This document shows positions 1-13,900 of a DNA stretch of 64,000 bases, piece by piece. A program made the position numbers and the translations under genes. Under the pieces are notes generated by a model. The model made no database searches. It had not been told where the DNA came from and saw nothing but the letters and a program-made list of their open reading frames with translations. How positions within the stretch are numbered: position 1 is the stretch's first letter; each line of letters starts with the position of its first letter. The stretch lies in assembly GCF_009914755.1 (NCBI RefSeq), contig NC_060937.1, one strand, 5' to 3'. The stretch comes from the human T2T-CHM13v2.0 reference genome, Homo sapiens.

Positions 1-3000
1 GGTTGGAGTGGAGTGGAGTTTAATGGAATGGAATGGAGTGGAATGGAATGGAATGGTTTCGAATGGAACTAAATTGAATGGTTTGGAAAAGAATGGGAAG
101 GAATCAAATGGAATGGAATCGCATAGAATGGAATCGAATGTAACGCAATTGAATGGAACGGAATGAAATGGAATTGAATTGAATGAAATGGAATCAAATC
201 GAATGGAATGAAATGGCATCGAATTGAATCGAATGGAATGTGGTGAAGTGGAGTGGAGTGGAACGGAGTGGAATGGAATGGGGTGGAATGGAATTGAATG
301 GAGTGGAGTGGAGTGGAAAGCAATGGAATGGAATGGAATGGAATGGTGTGGATTGAATTGGAGTGTAGTGGAGTGTATTGGAGTGGAATGGAGAGGAATG
401 GAGGGGAAGGGAGTGGAATGGAATGCAGTCGAGTGGGATGGAATGGAATGGAGTGGAATGGAATGGATTGGAGAGGAAAGGAATGGCATAGAATGGAATG
501 AGGTGGAAACGAATGGAATTTAAGGGAGTGTAGTGGAGTGGAGTTGAGAGGAATGCTATGGAATGGAATGGAATGGAGTGGAGTGGAGAGGATTGGAGTG
601 GACTGGAGTGGAATGGAGTGGAGTGGAGTGGAGAGGAGTGGAGTGGAATGACATGAAATAGAATGGAGGGCAGTGGAAAGGATTTGAAAGGAGTGGAGGG
701 GAATGGAATTTAATTGAACGTGTTGAAGTGGAGTGGAGTGGAGTGGAATGCAATGGAATGGAATTGAATGAGGTCGAGTGGAGTGGAGTAGAGTGGAATG
801 GAATGGAAAGGAATGGATATGAATGGAATCGAATGGGATCTATTGGAATCGAATGGAATGCGGCAAAGTGGAGTGGAGTGGAATGGAGTGGAATGTAATT
901 TGGTGGAATGAAATTGAATGGAGTGGAGTGGAGTGGATTGGAATGCAGTGGAATGGAATGGAATGGAATAGAAAGGAATGGAGTGCAATTGAATCGAATG
1001 CAATGGAATGGAATGCAATGCAGTGCAGTGGAGTGCAGTTTAGTGGAGTGGAGTAGAATGGAGTGGAATGGAATGGAATGAAATGGAGTGGAATGGAATG
1101 GAATGGAGTCAAATCGAATTGAATCGAATGGAATGGAATCAAACGGTATGGAATGGAACGGAATGGAGTCGAAAGGCATCAAATGGAATCGAATGGAATG
1201 CGATGAAGTGGATTGGAGTGGAGTGAAAGGCAGTGGAATGGAACTGAGTGGAGTGGAGTGGAATGGATTGAAATGGAATGGAATGGGAAGGAATGGAATT
1301 GAACGGACTGGAGTGGAAAGGAGAGGAATGCGATGAAATGGAATGGAATGGAATGTAGTAGAGGGGAGTGTAGGGGAGTGGAATGTAATGTAATTGAATG
1401 GAATGGATTCGAATGGAATGGACTGGAATTTAATGGACTGGAATGGAATGGACTCTAATGGAATGGAATCAAATGGAAAGGAAACGAACGGAATGGAATC
1501 GAATTGAATGGATTCGAATGGAATGGACTGGAATGGAATGGACTCGAATGGATGGCACACGAATAGAATAGAATTGAATGGAATGGAATGGCATGGATTC
1601 AAATGGAAGGGACTGGAATTTAATGGATTGGAATAGAATGGACTGGAATGTAACGGAATAGAATGGAATGGTTTCAAACGGAATAGAATCAAATGGAATA
1701 GATTCAAATGCAATGGAGTCGAACGGAACGGAATCGAATGGAATGGATTCGAATGGAATGTACTGGATTGGAATGGACGCAAAAGTAATGCACTCGAATG
1801 GATCGGACTGGAATGGAATGGACTCAGATGGAATGCAATAGAAACGAATGGAATTGAATGGCATTGAATGGAATCGAATGGAATGTGATGAAGTGGAGTG
1901 GAGTGGAGGGAAATGCAGTGGAATGGAATGTGGTGGAATGGAATTGAATGGAGTGGAGTGGAGTGGAGTGGAATGCAATGGAATGTACTGGAATGGCGTC
2001 GATTGGACTGCAGTGTAGTGGATTGTAGTGGAGGGGAATGGAGTGGAAAGGAGTGGAGTGAAGTGGAGTGGAATGGAATGCAGTCGAGTGGAATGGAATG
2101 GAATGGAATGGAGTGGAAAGGAATGGAATGGAATTGAATGGAATGGAATGGAAAGGAAGGGAATGGAGTGGAGTGTAGTGGACTGGAGTGGAGTGGAGTT
2201 GAATGGAGTTGAGTGTAGTGGAGTGGAATGGAGTGGTTTGGAGTGGAATGGAATGGAATGGCATGGACTCAAATGGAAAAGACTCAAATGGAATGGACTG
2301 GAATATAGTGTACATTAATTGAATGGACTCGAATGGAATGGACTCGAATGGAATGTATTGGAATGGAATGGACTCAAATGGAGTGGAATCGGATGGAATA
2401 GAATCGAATGGAAAGGAATCGAATGGAATGGAATCGAATGGAATGGAATCAAATGTAATAGAATCGAATGGCCACGAATGGCATCGAATGGGACCAAATA
2501 GAATGTGGTGAGGTGGAGTGGAGTGGAGTGGAATTGAGTGGAATGGAATCATGTGGAACGCAACTGAATGTAGTAGCTTGGATTCTAGTGGAGTGGAGTA
2601 GAATGTAATGGAATGGGAAGGCGTGGAAGTGAACGGAATGGAGTGGAGTGGAATGGAGTGGAATGGACTGCAATGGAATGGAATGGAATGGAATGAAGTG
2701 GAGTGGAATGGAATGGAACCGAAAGGAATGGAAGGGAATGGAATGCTATGGAATGGAGTGTAGTGGAGTGGAATGGAGTGTAATGGAATGGAGTGGAATG
2801 GAATGGAATGAAGAGGAGTGGACTGGATTGGAATGCACTAGAATGGAATAAAATGGAATGGACTCGAATAGAATGGGCTTGGATGAAACGAAGTGTGATG
2901 TAATGGACTGGAATGGAATGGGCTGGAAAGGAATGGACTCGAATGGAATGGAATCGAACGGAATGAAAAAGAGTGGAATGGAATCTAACGCAATGTAATC

Positions 3001-6000
3001 AAAAGGCATCGAATGGAATCAAATGGACTTAGTGAACTGGAGTTAATTGGAGTGGAAGGGAGTGGAATGGAATGGGGTGGAAAGGAATTTAATGGAGTGA
3101 AGTGAAGTGGAGTGGAATGGAGTGGAACGGAATGGAATTGATTGGAGTAGAGATGAGTGGAGTGGGGTGGAGACGAATGCACTGGAATGGAATGGAAAGG
3201 AATGGAGTGGAGTGGAGTGGGGTGGAACCGAGTGGAATGGAATGGAATGGAAAAGAATGGCATGGAATGGATTGAAATGGAATAGACTGGAATGGAATGG
3301 AGTCTAATCGAATGGACTCGAATGGCACGTAATCCAATTGAGTGGACTCGAAAGGAATGGACTCAAATGGAATGGACTAGAATGTAATGGTCTCGAATTG
3401 AATGGAAACCTAGAGATTGGAATCGAATGGAAAAGCATCCAATGGAATGGAATCGAATGGAATGGAATCTAACGGACTGGAATCAAATGCAATGGAATTG
3501 AATGTAATGGAATCTAAAGGAATGGAATCGAGTGGAATGGAATCGAATGGAAAGTAATCAAATGGCATGGAATGAAATCGAATGGAATATGGTCAAATGA
3601 AGTGGAGTAGAGTGGAATGGAATGGTATTCAATGGAACTGAAGGGAGTGGAGTGGAGTTGAATGTAGTGGAAAGGAATGTAATGGGAAGGAAAGGAAGTG
3701 AACAGAGTGGAGTGGAGTGGAATGCAATGGAATGGAATGGATTGGAGTGGACTTGAGTTGAGTGGAGTGGAGTGGATCAGATTGGAATGGAATGGAGTGG
3801 AATGGAGTAGAGCGGAATAAAATGCAATGGAATGCAATGCAAAGTAATGGAATGGAGTGGAATGGAGTGGACTGGAGTGGAGTGGAGTGGAATGGAATGG
3901 AGTCGAGTGGAATGGAAGGGAATGCAGTGGATTGGAATGGAAGGGAATGGAATGGAATGGAATGGAATATAATGGAATGGAATGGAATTTAATGGAGTGG
4001 AGTGGAATAGAATGGAATGGAGTGGATTGGAATGGAATGGGTTGGAAAGGAATGGAATGGAATGGATTGCAGAAAAGTGGAGTGCAGAGTAGTGCAGGGA
4101 GTGTTATGGAGTGGAATTGAATGGAATGGAATGGAATGGAATGGAATGGAATGGAATGGAATGGACACGAATACAATGGACTTGAACGGAATGGACTCGA
4201 ATGCAATGGACCCGAATAGAAAGGAATTGAATGGAATGGAATCAAAAGGAATGTAATCGAATGGCATTTAATATAATCGAATGGAATGTGGTGAAGTGGA
4301 GTGGAGTGGACTGGGATGGAGTGGAATGGAATGGGGTGGAATTGTATTGAATGGAGTGGAGTGCAGTGGAAAGGAATGGAGTGGAATGGAACGGAACGGG
4401 AGGGAATGGAATCGGAAGGAAGAGAATGGAATGGAGTGGAATGGAGTGGAGTGGAATGCAACGGAATGGAATGGAATGGATTGGAGTGGAGTTGTGTGGA
4501 GTGGAATGGAATGGAGCGGAATGGAATACAATGGAATGGAAATAAAAGCAGTGGAGTGGAGTGGAGCGGAATGGAGTGGAATGGAATGGAATTGAATGGG
4601 AAGGAATGGAATTGAATGGAGTGGAGGGCAATGGAATGGAATGGAATGAAGTGGAGGGGCTTGGAGTGGAGTGCAATGGAATGGAGAGGAGTGGAGTAGA
4701 TTGCATTTTAGTGGAGCGGAGTTTAATGGAATGGAATGGAGTGGAATGGAATGGAATGGTTTTGAATGGAACTTAATCGAATGGTATGGAATCAAATGGG
4801 ATGTAATCAAATACAAGGGAATAGAATGGAATGGAATCGAATGTAATGTAATCGAATGGAATGGAATCAAATGGAATTGAATTAAATGAAATGAAATGGA
4901 ATCAAATGAAATGGACACGAAAAGAATGGAATGGAATGGAATGGACGTGAATGGAATGGACTAGAATGGATTGGACTGGAATGGAATGGACTCGGATTCA
5001 ATGGAATAGAATGGAATGGAATCGAATGGCATTGAATGGAATCGAATGGAATGCGGTGAAGTTGAGTGGAGTGGAGTGAAATGCAATGGAATGGAATGGG
5101 GTAGAATGGTATTGAATGGAGTGGAGAGGAGTGGAGTGGAAAGCAATGGAATGGAATGGAATGGCATGGATTGGATTGGAGGGTAGTGGACTGTAGTGGA
5201 GTGGAATGGAGTGGAATGGATTGGAGTGGAGAGGAGTGGAGAGGACTGGAGTGGAATGGAGTGGAGAAGAGTGGAGAGGAGTGGAGTTGAATGACATTAA
5301 ATGGAATGGAGTTGAGTGGAATCGATTGGAATAGAGTAGAGGAGAGTGTAATGGAGTGCAATGTAATGTAATGGAATGGAATGGAATTTAATGGAGTGAA
5401 GTGGAGTGGAGTGGAATGCAATGGAATGGAATTGAATGGAGTGGAGTGGAGTCGAATGGAATGCAATGGAATGGAATGGAATGGAATGGAATCTAATGGA
5501 ATGGATTTGAATGGAATGGAATCAAATGGAAGGGAATGGGATGGAATTAATAGAATGGAATGGATTTGAAAGGAACGGAATTGAATGGGATCAAATGGAA
5601 TCGAATGGAATGTGGTGAAGTGGAGTGGAGTGGAATTGAGTGTAATGGAATTTGGCGGAATGCAATTGAATGGAGTGGAGTGGTTTTGAATGGACAGGAA
5701 AGGAATGGAATGGGAATGAATGTAATTGAATGGAGTGGAGGCGAGTGGAGTGGAATGCAAAAGAATGGAATGGAATGGAGTGTAGGGGAGTGGAGTAAAT
5801 TCTAGTGGAGTGGAGAGGAATGGAGTGGAATGGTATGGAATGGAAAGGAATGGAGTGCAATTGAATCGAATGGAATGGAATGGAATGGAATGCAGTGGAG
5901 TAGAGTGGAGTGGACTGCAGTTAAATGGAATGGAATGGAATGGAATGCAGTGGAGTAGAGTGGAGTGGACTGCAGTTAAATGGAATGGAATGGAATGGAA

Positions 6001-7229
6001 TGGAATGGAGTGTAGGGAATTGGAATGCAATGGAATGGAATGGAAAGGAATGGAATGGATTCCAATGGAATGGAATGGACTGTAATGGAATCGACTGGAA
6101 TGGAATGGATTCGAATGGAAAGAAATCAAATGGAATGGAAACGAATGGAATGGATTCGAGTAGAATGGACTGGTATGGAATGGACTAGAATGGACTGGAC
6201 ACGAATGGAATGGAATTGAATGTAATGGAATGGAATGGAAAGGTTATGGAATGGAATGAATTAGAATGGATTGGACTGGAATTTAATGGACTGGAATGGA
6301 ATGGAATGGAGTGTAATGGACTCGAATGGAATGGAATTGAATGGAATGGATTCGAGCAGAATGGAATTGAATGGAATGGATTCGAAAGGAATGGAATCAA
6401 ATGGAATGGAATCGAATTGAATGGATACCAATGGAATTGACTGGAATGGAAGGGATGCAAAATGGAATGGACTCGAATGGATTTGACTGGAATGGAATGG
6501 AATCGTATGGAATGGAATTGAATGCAATGGAATCGAATGGCATCAAATGGAATCGAATGGAATGCGGTGAAGTGGAGTGGAGTGGAGTGAAATGCAGTGG
6601 AATGGAATGGGGTGGAATGGAATTGAATTGAGTGGGGCAGAGTGGAGTGGAATGGAGTGGAATTGAATGGAGGGGAAGGAATGGAATTGAACAGACTTGA
6701 GTGGAGAGGAGTGGATTGGAATGCAATAGAATGAAATGGAATGGAATGGAGTGGAGTGGAGTGGATTGGAGTGGAATTAAATAGAATGGAATGGAATGGA
6801 ATGGAATGGAATGGAATGGAATGGAATGAACTCAAACGGAATGGACTGCAAGGGAATGGACTGGAATGGAATGGACCCGAATGGAATGGACTGGAATGGA
6901 ATGGACTCAAAAGGAATGAACTCGAATGTAATGGAGTAGAATGGAAAGGAATCGTACTGAATGGAATCGAATGGAATGGAATCAAATGAAATAATATGGA
7001 AAGGCGTCGAATGGAATCCAGTGTTATGCGGTGAAGTGGAGTGGAGAGGAGTGTAATTGAGTGGATTGGAATGGGGTGGAATGGAAAGGAATGCAGTGGA
7101 GTGCACTGGAGTGCAATAGAGTGGAATGGAATGGAATGGGAAGGAATGGAATTGAACTGAGTGGAGTTGAGTGGAGCGGAGAGGAGTGGAATGCAAAGGA
7201 ATGGTAAGGAGTGCAAAGGAATGGAATGG

Positions 7230-7930
7230 AATGGACTGGAATGGAAAGGACTCGAATGGAACGGAATTGAATGGAATGGACGCGAATGGTATGGACTCGA
7301 ATGCAATGTAATCAAACGGAGTGGAATCAAATGGCACTGAATTGAATAAAATGGAATCAAATGGAAAGGAATCGGAAGGCAACGAGTGGAAGGGAATGGA
7401 ATGTGGTTAATTGGAGTGCAATGAATTGGAATGCAGTGGAATGGAATGAGGTGGAATGGAATTGATTGGAGTGGAGTGGAGTGGAGCAGAATGCAATGGA
7501 ATGGAATGGACCAGCATGGATTGGAGTTGAGTGCAGTAGAGTGGAGTGGAGAGTAGTGGAATGGAGTGTAGTGTAGTGGATTGGAGTGGAGTGGAGTGGA
7601 ATGGAATGCACAGGAAAGGAATGGACTAGAATGGAACGGACATGAATGGAATGGACTCGAATGGAATGGACTCGAATGCAATGGAATCAAATGGAATGGA
7701 ATAGAATGGAACGGAATTGAATGAAATGGAATCAAATGGAAAGGAATCAAATGGCATCAAACAGAATGGAATGGAATGTGGTTAATTGGAGTGCAGTGCA
7801 TTGGAATGGAATGGTGTGCAATGGAATTGAATGGAGTGGAGTGGAGCAGAATGCAATGGAATGGAAGGGAACAGCATGGATTGGAGTTGAGTGTAGTAGA
7901 GTGGAGTGGAGTGGAAGGGAGTGGAGTGGA
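7230..7930 (+). repeat. Tandem duplication, ~360-375 bp
   Basis: ATGTGGTTAATTGGAGTGCA 7401/7776; GAGCAGAATGCAATGG...CAGCATGGATTGGAGTTGAGTG 7484/7844. Confidence 0.8.
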
Positions 7931-10900
7931 GTGTAGTGGAGTGGAGTGGAGTGGAAAGGAATGGAGTCTAGTGGAATGTAATGGAATAGAATGGAATGGA
8001 ATGTAGTGGAATGGAATGGAATGGAGTTGAAATAAATGGAAAGGAATGCAATGGAATGGAATGGAATGGATTGGAATGGGATGGAATGGAAAGGAGTGGA
8101 ATGGAATGTAACGTAGTGGAATGGAAAGTATTGGAGGGGAATGGAATGGAGTGGAAAGGAATGGAATTTAACAGAGTGGAGTGGAGTGTAGGGGAGTGGA
8201 GTGGAATGCTATGGAATGTAATGGAATGGAGTGGAGTGGAAAGCAGTGAATTGGAGTGGAGTGGAATGGAGTGGAATGGAGTGGAGTGGAATGGGATGAA
8301 ATGGAATATGGTGGAGTGGAGTGGAATGGGATGAATTGGAATATGGTGGAGTGGAATGGAATGGAATGGAGTGGATGGGAGTGGAATGGAGTGGAATGGA
8401 ATGGTATGGAATTGAACGGAGTGGAGTGGAATGCAATGGAATGGAATTGAATGGAGAAGACTGGAGTGTAGTGGAGGGGAGTGGAATGGAATCGAGTAGA
8501 ATGGACTGGAATGGAATGGACATAAATAGAATGGACTTGAGTGGAATGGAATCGAAAGGAATGAAATTGAATGGAATGGAATTGAATGGAATTGATGTGA
8601 AACGAAAAGAACAGAAGGGAATCGAATGGAATTCAATGGAATGCGGTAAAGTGGCGTAGAATGGAGTGGAATGCAGTGGAATGGAAAGGAATGGGAAGGA
8701 ATGGAATTGAAGGGAGTGGAGTGGAATGCAGTGGAATGGAGTGGAATGGAATGAGGTGGAATGGAATTGAACTGAGTGGAGTGGAGAGGAATGAAATGGA
8801 ATGGAATGGAATGGTGTGGATTGGATTGGAGTGCAGTGGATTGTAGTGGAGTAGAGTGGAATGGAGTGCAGTGGAGTGGAGTGGAGTGGAATGGAATGGT
8901 GCCGAGTGGTATGAAATGGAATGGAATGGAATGGAATGCAGTGGAATGGAGTGGAATGCAGTGGAAAGGAATTGAATGGAATGGAATGGAGTGGAGTGGA
9001 GTGGAATCTTATGGAATGGAATGGAATGGAGTGGAGTGGAATGGAATGGAGTGGATTCGAATGGAATGGAATGGAGATGAGTGGAATGGAATGGAATTGA
9101 GGGGAATGGAATAGGGTTGACAGGATTGGAATTTAACGGAGTGGTGTGGAGTGGAGTGGAATGCTATGGAATATAATGGAATGGAGTCGAGTGGAAAGGA
9201 GTAAAGTGGAGTGGAGTGGAATGGATTGTAGTGGAGTGGAGTGGAATGGAATGAAATGGAATGTGGTGGAGTGGAATGGAATGGAATGAGTAGACGGGAG
9301 TAGAATTGAGTGGAATGGAATGGAATGGAAAAAAACTAAACGCAGTGGAGTGGAGTGGAGAGGAATTCAATGGAATGGAATTGAATGGAGAGGAGTGCAG
9401 GGAAGTGGAGTGGAACAGAATGGAATAGAATGGACTGGAATGGAATGGACACGAATGGAATGGACTTGAGTGGAATAGAATCGAATGGAATGGAATTGAA
9501 TCGAATGGAATTGAATGGAATCATTTGAAAGGAATGGAATCGAGGGGAATCGAATGCAATTCAATGGAATACAGTGAAGTGGCGTGGAGTGGAGTGGAAT
9601 GAAGTGGAATGGAATAGAGTGGGAAGGAATGGAATTGAATGGAGTGTTGTGTAATGGATTGGAATGGAGTGGAATGGAATCGGGTGGAATGGAATTGAAT
9701 TGAATGGATGGGAGAGGAACGCAATGGAATGGATTGGAATGGCATGGATTGGATTGGAGTGTAGTGGACTGTACAGGAGTGAAGTGGAGTGTAGGGGAGT
9801 GGAATTGAATGGTGTCAAGTGGAATGTAATGAAATGGAATGTAAAGAAATGGAGTGGAATGGAGTGGAATGGAGTGCAAAGAAATTAAATGGAATGGAAT
9901 GTAAGGGATAGGAATGGAATTGAATGGAGTGGATTGGAATGGAATGGAGTGAGTGGAATGGAATGCAATGGAGGGGAATGGAATGTGGTTGACAGGAGAG
10001 GAATTTAACTGATTGGAGTGGAGAGGAGTTGAATGCTATAGAATGGAATGGAATGGAGTGGAGTGGTGAGTAGTGCAGTGGAGTGTAATGGAGTGAGGTG
10101 GAGTGGAGAGGAGTGGAGTGGAATTGAATGAAATGGAATGGAGTGGAGTGGAAAGGACTGGAATGTAGTGGAGGGGAGTGGAATGGAGTGTATTGTAATG
10201 GAATGGAATGGAATGGAACTTAGTGTAGTGGAGTGGAGAGGAGTGGAATGGAATGCAATGGAATGGAATTGAATGGTGTGGAGTGGAGTGGAGTGGGGTG
10301 GGGTGGTGTGGAGTGGAATGGAATGGAATGGTATGGAATGGACACGAATGGAATGGACTGGAATGGAATGGAATCAAATGAAATGGAATCAAATTGAATT
10401 AATTGAATAGAATGGATTCGAAAGGAATGGAATCGAATGGCATCGAATGGAATGTGGAGAAGTGGAGTGGAGTGGAATGGAGTGGAATGGAATTTGGTGG
10501 AATGCAATTGAATGGAGTGGATTGGAGTGGGGTGGAATGGAGTGGTATGGAATGGAATGGGAATGAATGGAATTGATTGGAGTGGAGTGGAGTGGATTGG
10601 AGTGGAATGCAAAGGAATGGAATGGAGTGGAGTGGAGTGGAGTAAACTGTAGTGGAGTGGAGTAGAAAGGAATGGAATAAAATGGACTAGAATGAAATGG
10701 ACACGAATAGAATGGACTTAAGTGGAATGTAATCGAATGGAATGGAATAGAAAGGAATGGAAATTAATGGAATGGATTTGAAAGGAATGGGAACGAATGG
10801 AATCTAATGGAATTAAATGGAATGCAGTGAAGTGGCGTAGAGTGGCTGCAATGTCATGGAATGGAATGGAATGGGAATGAATTGAATTGAATGGAGTGGA

Positions 10901-13900
10901 GTGGAATATAGTGGAATGGAATGGGGTGGAATGGAATTGAATTGAATGTAGTGGAGTGGAATGCAATGGAATGGAATGGAAGGACATGGATTGGATTGGA
11001 GTGTAGTGGATTGTAGTGGAGTGGAGTGGAGAAGAATGGAGTGGAGTTGAGTGGAGTGGAATGGAATGGTGTCGAGTGGAATGGAATGGAAAAGATTGGA
11101 GTGGAATGGAGTGGAATGGATTGGAATGAAATTTTTTGGAATGCAATTGAATCGAGTGGATTGCAGTGGAGTCGAATGGAGTGGAATGGAATGGAATGGG
11201 AATGAATGGAATTGAATGTAGTGGAGTGGAGTGGAATGCAAAGGAATGGAATGTAGTGGAGTGGAGTGGAGAGGAGTAAACTGTAGTGCAGTGGTGAGGA
11301 ATGGAGAGGAATGGAATGAAATGGAATGGAATGGAATGGAATGGAATGGAGAGCAATTGAATCAAATGCAATGTGATGGAAAGCAATGCAGTGGAGTGGA
11401 GAGGAGTGGAGTGGAGTGCAGTAGAATGGAGTGGAGTGGAATAGAATGGAATGGAATGGAAGAGAGTGGAATGGAATGGACTTGAATGGATTGGACTCAA
11501 ATGGATTTGAATGGAATGGAATGGAATCGAATCGAATGGGATGGAATTGAAAGGTATGGAATCGAATGGAATTGAGTTGGAATGGAATGGAATTGAAAGG
11601 CATCAAATGTAATCGAATGGAATGGAATCGAATGGCCTCGAATGGAAGCAAATGGAATGTGATGAAGTGGAGTGGAGAGTTGTGGAATGGAGTGTGATGG
11701 AATGGGTTAGAATGGAATTGAATATACTGGAATGGAGTGTAGTGGAATGGAGTGGGATGGAATGGAATGGGAAGGAATGGAATTGAACGGAGTGCAGTGG
11801 AGTGCAGTGGAGTGGAGTTGAAGGCAATGAAATGGAATAGAATGGGGTAGAGTGGAGTAGAGCAGAGTGGAGTGGCGTGGAATGGAGTGAAGTGGAGTAG
11901 CGTGGAGTGGAATTGAGTGGAGAGGAGTCGAGTGGAGTGGAATGGAATTGAATGAAATGGAATTGAGTGGAATGGAATGGAATATAATGGAATGGAATGC
12001 AATGGAATGGGAAGGAATGGAATTGAACGGAATGGAGTGGAGTGGAATGGAATGGAATGGACGGAATGGAATTCAATGGAGTGGAGTGGAGTGAAGTGCA
12101 TTGGAGTGCAATTGAATGCAATGGATTGTAGTGGAGTACAGTTGAGAGGAGTGTATTGGAATGCCCAGGACTGGAATATGATGGAGTGGAGTGGAGTGGA
12201 GTGGAATGGAGTGGAGTATAGAGTCATGGAGTGGAGCGTAATGGAATGGAGTGGAGTGGGATGGAATTGACTCAAGTGGAGTGGAGTGGAGTGGAATGGA
12301 GTGGAATCGAATGGAATGGAAAGGAGGGGCGTGGAATAGAGTGGAGTGGAGTGGAGTAGAATGGAATAGAGTGGAATGGAATGGAATGGAATGGAATGGA
12401 ATGAAATGGAGGGGAGTGGAGTGGAGGGGAATGTAGTGGAGTGGAGTGGTGTGGAGTTGAGTGGAGTGGAGTGGAATGGAGCAGAATGGAATGGAATGGA
12501 GTGGAGTGGTGTGGAGTTTAATGGAATGCATTGGAGTGGAATGGAATGGAGTGGAATGGAATGGAATGGAGTGGAATGGAATGGAATGGAATGGACACGA
12601 ATGGGATGGACTTGAATGGAATGAACTGGAATGGGAAGTCCTCGAATGGAATGGAGTCGAATAGAATGCACTTGAATGGAATGGACTCGAATGGAATGGA
12701 CTCGAACAGAATGGAATCGAATGGAATGTAATTGAATGGAGTGTAATCGAACAGAATGGAATCGGATGGAATGATAGTGGATGGAATGGAATGGAATGGA
12801 ATGGAATCGAATGGCATTGAATGGAATGCGGTGAAGTGGAGTGTAGTGGATTGGAGTGCAGTGGATTGGAATGGAAAGTGATGGAATGGAATTGAATGGA
12901 CTGAAGTGGAGTGGAATGGAATGGGAAGGAATGGAATTAAATGCAGTGGAGTGCAGTGGATTGGAATGCAATGGAATGGTATGGAATGGAGTGGAGTCGA
13001 GTGGAGGGGAGTGGAGTGGATTGAAGTGAAGTGTAATGCATGTGAATGGAATAGAATGGAGTGGAAAGAAATGCAGTGGAATCGAATGCAGTGTAATGGA
13101 ATGTAGTGGGGGTGGAATAGAATAGAATAGAATGGAATGGAGTAGAGTGAAATGAAGTGGAATGCATTGGAGTGGAATAGAATGGAGTGGAGTGAAGTGG
13201 AGTGGATGGAATGGAGTGGGGTGGAGTGGAATGGAATGGAATGGAATGGAATGGAATGGAATGGAATGACTCAGATGGAATGGAATCGAATGAAATGAAC
13301 TGGAATGGAATGGACTCAAAGGGAATGGAGTGGAATCAAATGGAATGGGATCAAATGGAATGGAAATGAATGGAATTAAAACCAACAGAATGGAACAGCA
13401 TGGCATCGACTGGATTCGAATGGTAAATGGTGAAGGGGAGTGGGGTGGAGTGGACTGGAACAGAGTTGAATGGGGTTGAAAGAAATTTATTGGAGTGGAG
13501 TGCAGTGGAGTGGAGTGGAGTGGAATGGAATGCAATGAAAAGGAATGATATTGAACAGAGTGGAGTGGAGTGGAGTGGAATGCAATGGAAAGGAAAGGAA
13601 TGGATTGGAGTGGAGTGGAGTGGAATGCAATGTAATGGAATAAATTGGAGTGGAGTGGAGTGGAGTGGAATGGAATGGAAGAGATTGGATTGGATTGGAA
13701 TGGAATGGAATGGACTCAAATGGAATGGACTGGAATGGAATTTACTGGAATGGAACGGACTGGAATGGAATGCACTCGATTGGGATGGACAAAAATGGAA
13801 GTTCTCCAAAGTAATGAAACTGAATGGAAAGGAATTGAATGGAATCGAATCAAATGGAATGGAATAGAAAGGAAAGGAATCGAATAGCATCAAACGGAAT

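Noticed and set aside
10854-13535. 893-aa minus-strand ORF and other long FHSIP/LHSTP ORFs (e.g. 582, 521, 517 aa)
   Set aside because: Pure (CATTC)n has no stop in any frame, and none of its codons (CAT, TCC, ATT, CCA, TTC) is one substitution from a stop, so long ORFs are expected. Overlapping frames give the same peptide, and many listed starts are non-AUG.
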